From a virus (Duplodnaviria > Caudoviricetes): 36,811 nt of DNA. A model generated the notes under the pieces. The model saw only the letters and a list, made by a program, of their open reading frames with translations. It made no database searches and was not told where the DNA came from. The stretch is from IMG/VR virus record IMGVR_UViG_3300017716_001608, positions 1-36,811 of that record. One strand, 5' to 3'. The position numbers and the translations under genes are program-made. This document shows, one piece after another, positions 36,810 to 36,811 of the stretch; the first letter of the stretch is position 1, and every line of letters begins with the position of its first letter.

Positions 36810-36811
36810 AA

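Overview
AT-rich (~30% GC by eye) segment of a crAss-like (Crassvirales-type) podovirus that probably infects an environmental Bacteroidota/Flavobacteriia host. The host inference rests on A-rich leaders without Shine-Dalgarno sites and on TAnnTTTG promoter elements. Positions 1-36206 form one minus-strand late/structural module. In transcription order it holds: a cluster of small Lys-rich proteins (four ORFs missed by the ORF track), amidase endolysin, wHTH, HU/IHF-like, Zn-ribbon and PD-(D/E)XK proteins, GroES, large terminase, portal, scaffold, major capsid protein, head/neck proteins, a Dps/ferritin-like protein, a fibre cassette (two long fibres, one with an S74 chaperone, plus a tip protein), Cys-rich FN3 proteins, a metallophosphoesterase, an IHF-like protein, two tail-ring proteins and a truncated tail-stabilisation (muzzle) gene. 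A GC-rich hairpin patch and one plus-strand gene mark a strand switch at the right end. The most interesting signals are: (1) a structured 3'-UTR RNA at ~6060-6135 whose loop is complementary to an AAACCAA motif in front of four start codons, a candidate phage sRNA regulon; (2) extreme avoidance of TCG/CGA; (3) a repeated putative phage late promoter; (4) an apparent plug-and-socket chain of fibre proteins; (5) the basic mini-protein operon, which contains a split DUF5872-like gene. All family assignments come from motif recognition and gene order, not database searches.
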